NCBI GenBank assembly: GCA_965218375.1
Contig: OZ244618.1
Span: 594,794-658,793, forward strand
Direction: 5' to 3'
DNA length: 64,000 bases
From: Alphaproteobacteria bacterium
GTDB lineage: Bacteria > Pseudomonadota > Alphaproteobacteria > G965218375
Shown here: one piece after another, positions 61,447 to 64,000 of the stretch
Layout: the number at the start of each line of letters is the position of its first letter
Position numbering within the stretch: the stretch's first letter is position 1
The notes under the pieces: generated by a model
Told to the model about the DNA's origin: nothing
The model's database searches: none
Seen by the model: only the letters and a program-made list of their open reading frames with translations
Position numbers and translations under genes: made by a program

Positions 61447-62850
61447 TTAATTACCGGTTCTGATGCGCTCTAAAAGCTGTTTAACCGTAGGAATAAAATC
61501 ATTTCTATAAAACGGATCAGTTGCAAAATTAAATGCACTTTTGCCCGCAAACATCAAGTTTCGTAAAGTATCACCACTATGGCCAATCGACTGCAATGTC
61601 TTTTGAATACAGAAGCTACGGGGATCAGGTTTATGATTGGTTCTAAATGGCGCTTGATCTTTCCAGTTAGAAAAGCGACAATGACTTAAACAGCCCATAC
61701 AATCTTGTTGGTCTTTTACAATCACCCCACTTTGCTCAGGGGTCACAAAAATAAGGGTATCATCAGGTGTTTGCATTGCCTTGGTAAACCCCTGACTTTC
61801 CCACTCTTTAGTTCTCTGCAAGTCCTGTTCTGATACATACAACTTTCGTTTACGTATACCAAAAAGATACTCATGGGTTAGCACGTCAGTTCTTTCCATA
61901 GAAAAAGGCACCTGACGTTCACTACGGGCCACAAGCTCTTGTATAAACTCGTTCCTTACGGCTGAACTATAAAACCCTGTAGGACTAAAGCGATTTAGAT
62001 AAACGTCACCCTCTTGCAACTGACCAAGTTGCGTTTTCCAGTCATCAGAAATTGGGCTCTCTTTGGTTAGTAAAGGCCGCGTGCCGAACTGGAAAGCAAT
62101 GGGGCCTAACTCCTCATTATCAATCCAATCTTCCCAATCCCGAAGGTACCAAACACCCCCAGCCATCACAATTGGTGTACGATTGAGTCCAAACTTATTC
62201 ATCTGATCCCGCAATAACTTAACTCGGGCATAGGGCGCTTCCGGCATGTTTGGATCTTCAACATTACTTAAACCATTATGACCACCTGCACACCAAGGGT
62301 CTTCATACACAACGGCTCCTAACCAGTCGGTAAAACGGTAATATGCCCGACGCCATAAAGCACTAAACGCGCGAGCCGATGATATAATAGGATAATAATA
62401 CAGTCCATATTTTGCACAAGTCTCAGCAATACGGTAAGGCATACCAGCGCCGCAAGTAACTCCGTGAATCAACCCCGAGATATTATCTAATATGCCCTGA
62501 AGGATTTTTTCACAACCGCCCATTTCCCATAACACATTCATGTGAATGCGACCTTTGCCGCCAGCAGTTTCATAGGCAGTTTTAGCCTGCTCGATGCCGC
62601 CACGAATTGAATTTCTGATTAACTCTTCATACCGTTCACCTCGGGTTTTCCCCTCATAGGTGTATGGAATTGAGTTCCCGTCTTGATCACTCATATCAGC
62701 CGCGACACCAGAGAAAGTCCCAATACCCCCAGCTTGTGCCCAAGCACCTGAACTTTCACCATTACTAACATTAATTCCCTTACCTCCCTCTATAAGAGGC
62801 AGCACCTCCGCACCCGACATGCGAATGGCATTCAATGCTTTCATACACAA
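61447..62850 (-). CDS. FMN-dependent oxidoreductase of the nitronate monooxygenase (NMO / 2-nitropropane dioxygenase-like) family, long form.
   Basis: TIM-barrel NMO-like motifs (…GGIGTF…, …PIVMAGGVWYLRDW…, …FQFGTRPLL…) and a C-terminal Cys cluster (CMGCLSHC). 467 aa. Confidence 0.5.
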   Translation of the reverse strand: MCMKALNAIRMSGAEVLPLIEGGKGINVSNGESSGAWAQAGGIGTFSGVAADMSDQDGNSIPYTYEGKTRGERYEELIRNSIRGGIEQAKTAYETAGGKGRIHMNVLWEMGGCEKILQGILDNISGLIHGVTCGAGMPYRIAETCAKYGLYYYPIISSARAFSALWRRAYYRFTDWLGAVVYEDPWCAGGHNGLSNVEDPNMPEAPYARVKLLRDQMNKFGLNRTPIVMAGGVWYLRDWEDWIDNEELGPIAFQFGTRPLLTKESPISDDWKTQLGQLQEGDVYLNRFSPTGFYSSAVRNEFIQELVARSERQVPFSMERTDVLTHEYLFGIRKRKLYVSEQDLQRTKEWESQGFTKAMQTPDDTLIFVTPEQSGVIVKDQQDCMGCLSHCRFSNWKDQAPFRTNHKPDPRSFCIQKTLQSIGHSGDTLRNLMFAGKSAFNFATDPFYRNDFIPTVKQLLERIRTGN

Positions 62851-63039
62851 ATTCCCTATGAAAATAATGATATATTATAATTATTAAATTTTAACGTATT
62901 TCATAAATACGTACACAATAAAGCGCCGAATAGAACAACTTATGAATTTATATCATAAAAAAGGAGCAGTGCATATGAATATATGTACATACTCCTTCAA
63001 AGTATAGACAGACACTTTAATCAAATAAGCACGTGTTAA

Positions 63040-64000
63040 TTAAACAAGTTCGTCGTTATCAACTTGTTCAACATCTTTCATGCTGAGGCGAACTTTACCG
63101 CGCTCATCAATTTTCATAACGCGCACATAAACGGTTTCGCCCTCTTTCAGGACATCTGAAACTGATTTAACGCGCTCATTTGACAATTCAGAGATATGTA
63201 CCAGTCCATCACGGTTGCCGATGAAGTTAACGAACGCCCCAAATTCAACCAGTTTGACAACGCTTCCTTTATAGACGGTACCAACTTCTGGCTCGGCGAC
63301 AATGTCCTTAATACGTTTTTCCGCGTTCGCAGATTGCTCTGGAGATACTGAAGAAATCTTCACGGTTCCACTGTCATCAATATCAATTTTCGCCCCAGTT
63401 TCGGCACAGATTTCACGGATTATTTTTCCGCCCGCTCCGATAATTTCACGGATCTTAGCAACTGGAACTGTTATGACTGTAACACGCGGAACATTATCCC
63501 GAAGTTCAGCACGGGCACCGGTGATTGCAAGGGACATCTTCTCTAGAATGTGCGTACGACCAGCAAGAGCCTGCTGTAAAGCTTGGCGCATAATCTCTTC
63601 AGAAATACCAACTACCTTGATGTCCATCTGCAGAGATGTCACCCCTTTATCGGTACCAGCCACTTTAAAGTCCATATCACCTAAATGGTCCTCATCTCCC
63701 AGAATGTCTGAAAGAACTGCGAACTTATCACCTTCCATAATCAAGCCCATGGCAATACCCGCACAAGGGCGCTTCATTGGAACACCAGCATCCATCATAG
63801 AGAGCGATCCCCCACACACAGAGGCCATGGAAGACGATCCATTTGATTCCGTAATATCCGATACAACACGGATGGTATACGGGAAAGATTCCTTGTCCTG
63901 AAGCAGAGGACGTAACGCCCGCCACGCTAACTTACCGTGGCCGATCTCACGACGACTCGTACCGGCAAATCGTCCAACCTCACCGACCGAATACGGCGGG
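63040..64000 (-). CDS. pnp: Polynucleotide phosphorylase (PNPase). The 3' portion is in the window and the 5' end lies beyond the window end.
   Basis: Second RNase-PH domain …[18 protein letters not shown]…, KH domain …[19 protein letters not shown]…, S1 domain …[21 protein letters not shown]…GLVHISEL. The frame stays open upstream of the listed Met to position 64000 (…[21 protein letters not shown]…). Confidence 0.85.
   Translation of the reverse strand, partial: PPYSVGEVGRFAGTSRREIGHGKLAWRALRPLLQDKESFPYTIRVVSDITESNGSSSMASVCGGSLSMMDAGVPMKRPCAGIAMGLIMEGDKFAVLSDILGDEDHLGDMDFKVAGTDKGVTSLQMDIKVVGISEEIMRQALQQALAGRTHILEKMSLAITGARAELRDNVPRVTVITVPVAKIREIIGAGGKIIREICAETGAKIDIDDSGTVKISSVSPEQSANAEKRIKDIVAEPEVGTVYKGSVVKLVEFGAFVNFIGNRDGLVHISELSNERVKSVSDVLKEGETVYVRVMKIDERGKVRLSMKDVEQVDNDELV

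Noticed and set aside
63302-63925. Plus-strand 199-aa ORF and small minus-strand ORFs overlapping the pnp region.
   Set aside because: The minus-strand frame encodes unmistakable PNPase KH/S1 and RNase-PH motifs. The others are antisense or alternative-frame artefacts.

Overview
This 64-kb window reads as the chromosomal replication-origin neighbourhood of a low-GC (about 40% by eye) alphaproteobacterium-like, probably host-associated, genome. Coding density is high on both strands and I found no rRNA, CRISPR array, integrase or transposase. All calls come from reading the translated ORFs against remembered family signatures; no searches were run.

Main contents, 5' to 3':
- a partial lipoprotein gene, then a SAM-methyltransferase with a regulatory-domain extension;
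- a 1033-aa autotransporter followed by an IalB-family gene;
- a FecBCD-type iron-chelate ABC transporter;
- a methionine module consisting of metY plus an unusual single ORF fusing homoserine O-acyltransferase (MetA) to homoserine dehydrogenase;
- a sitABCD-type Mn/Fe ABC transporter, then tRNA-Pro(TGG);
- a NitT/TauT-type ABC transporter;
- a 10-gene Mrp-like cation/proton antiporter cluster in E-F-G-A'-B-C-D-D'-x-A'' order;
- an orphan Panacea (DUF4065) protein with a long disordered tail, followed by sufE and then tRNA-Lys(TTT);
- cutA, rplM-rpsI, guaC, rpmG and a DUF3572 gene;
- an Hpt-like/pseudo-receiver protein;
- a dprA-topA-rnr block, in which topA carries a histone-H1-like KAPAKKA tail encoded by 15-bp tandem repeats;
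- a secreted SNase-like nuclease;
- pyrB followed by a dihydroorotase-like gene with degenerate metal ligands (PyrC'-type);
- a CheZ-like phosphatase;
- hemY, a hemD-hemX-like fusion and hemC, with tsaD divergent from hemC;
- rpsT, an AT-rich gap, then dnaA-dnaN-recF-gyrB;
- an NMO-family oxidoreductase and a partial pnp.

The most unusual items are the MetA-Hom fusion, the Mbh-ordered Mrp-like cluster, the repeat-encoded TopA tail, the PyrB-PyrC' pair, the HemD-HemX fusion and the orphan Panacea protein.
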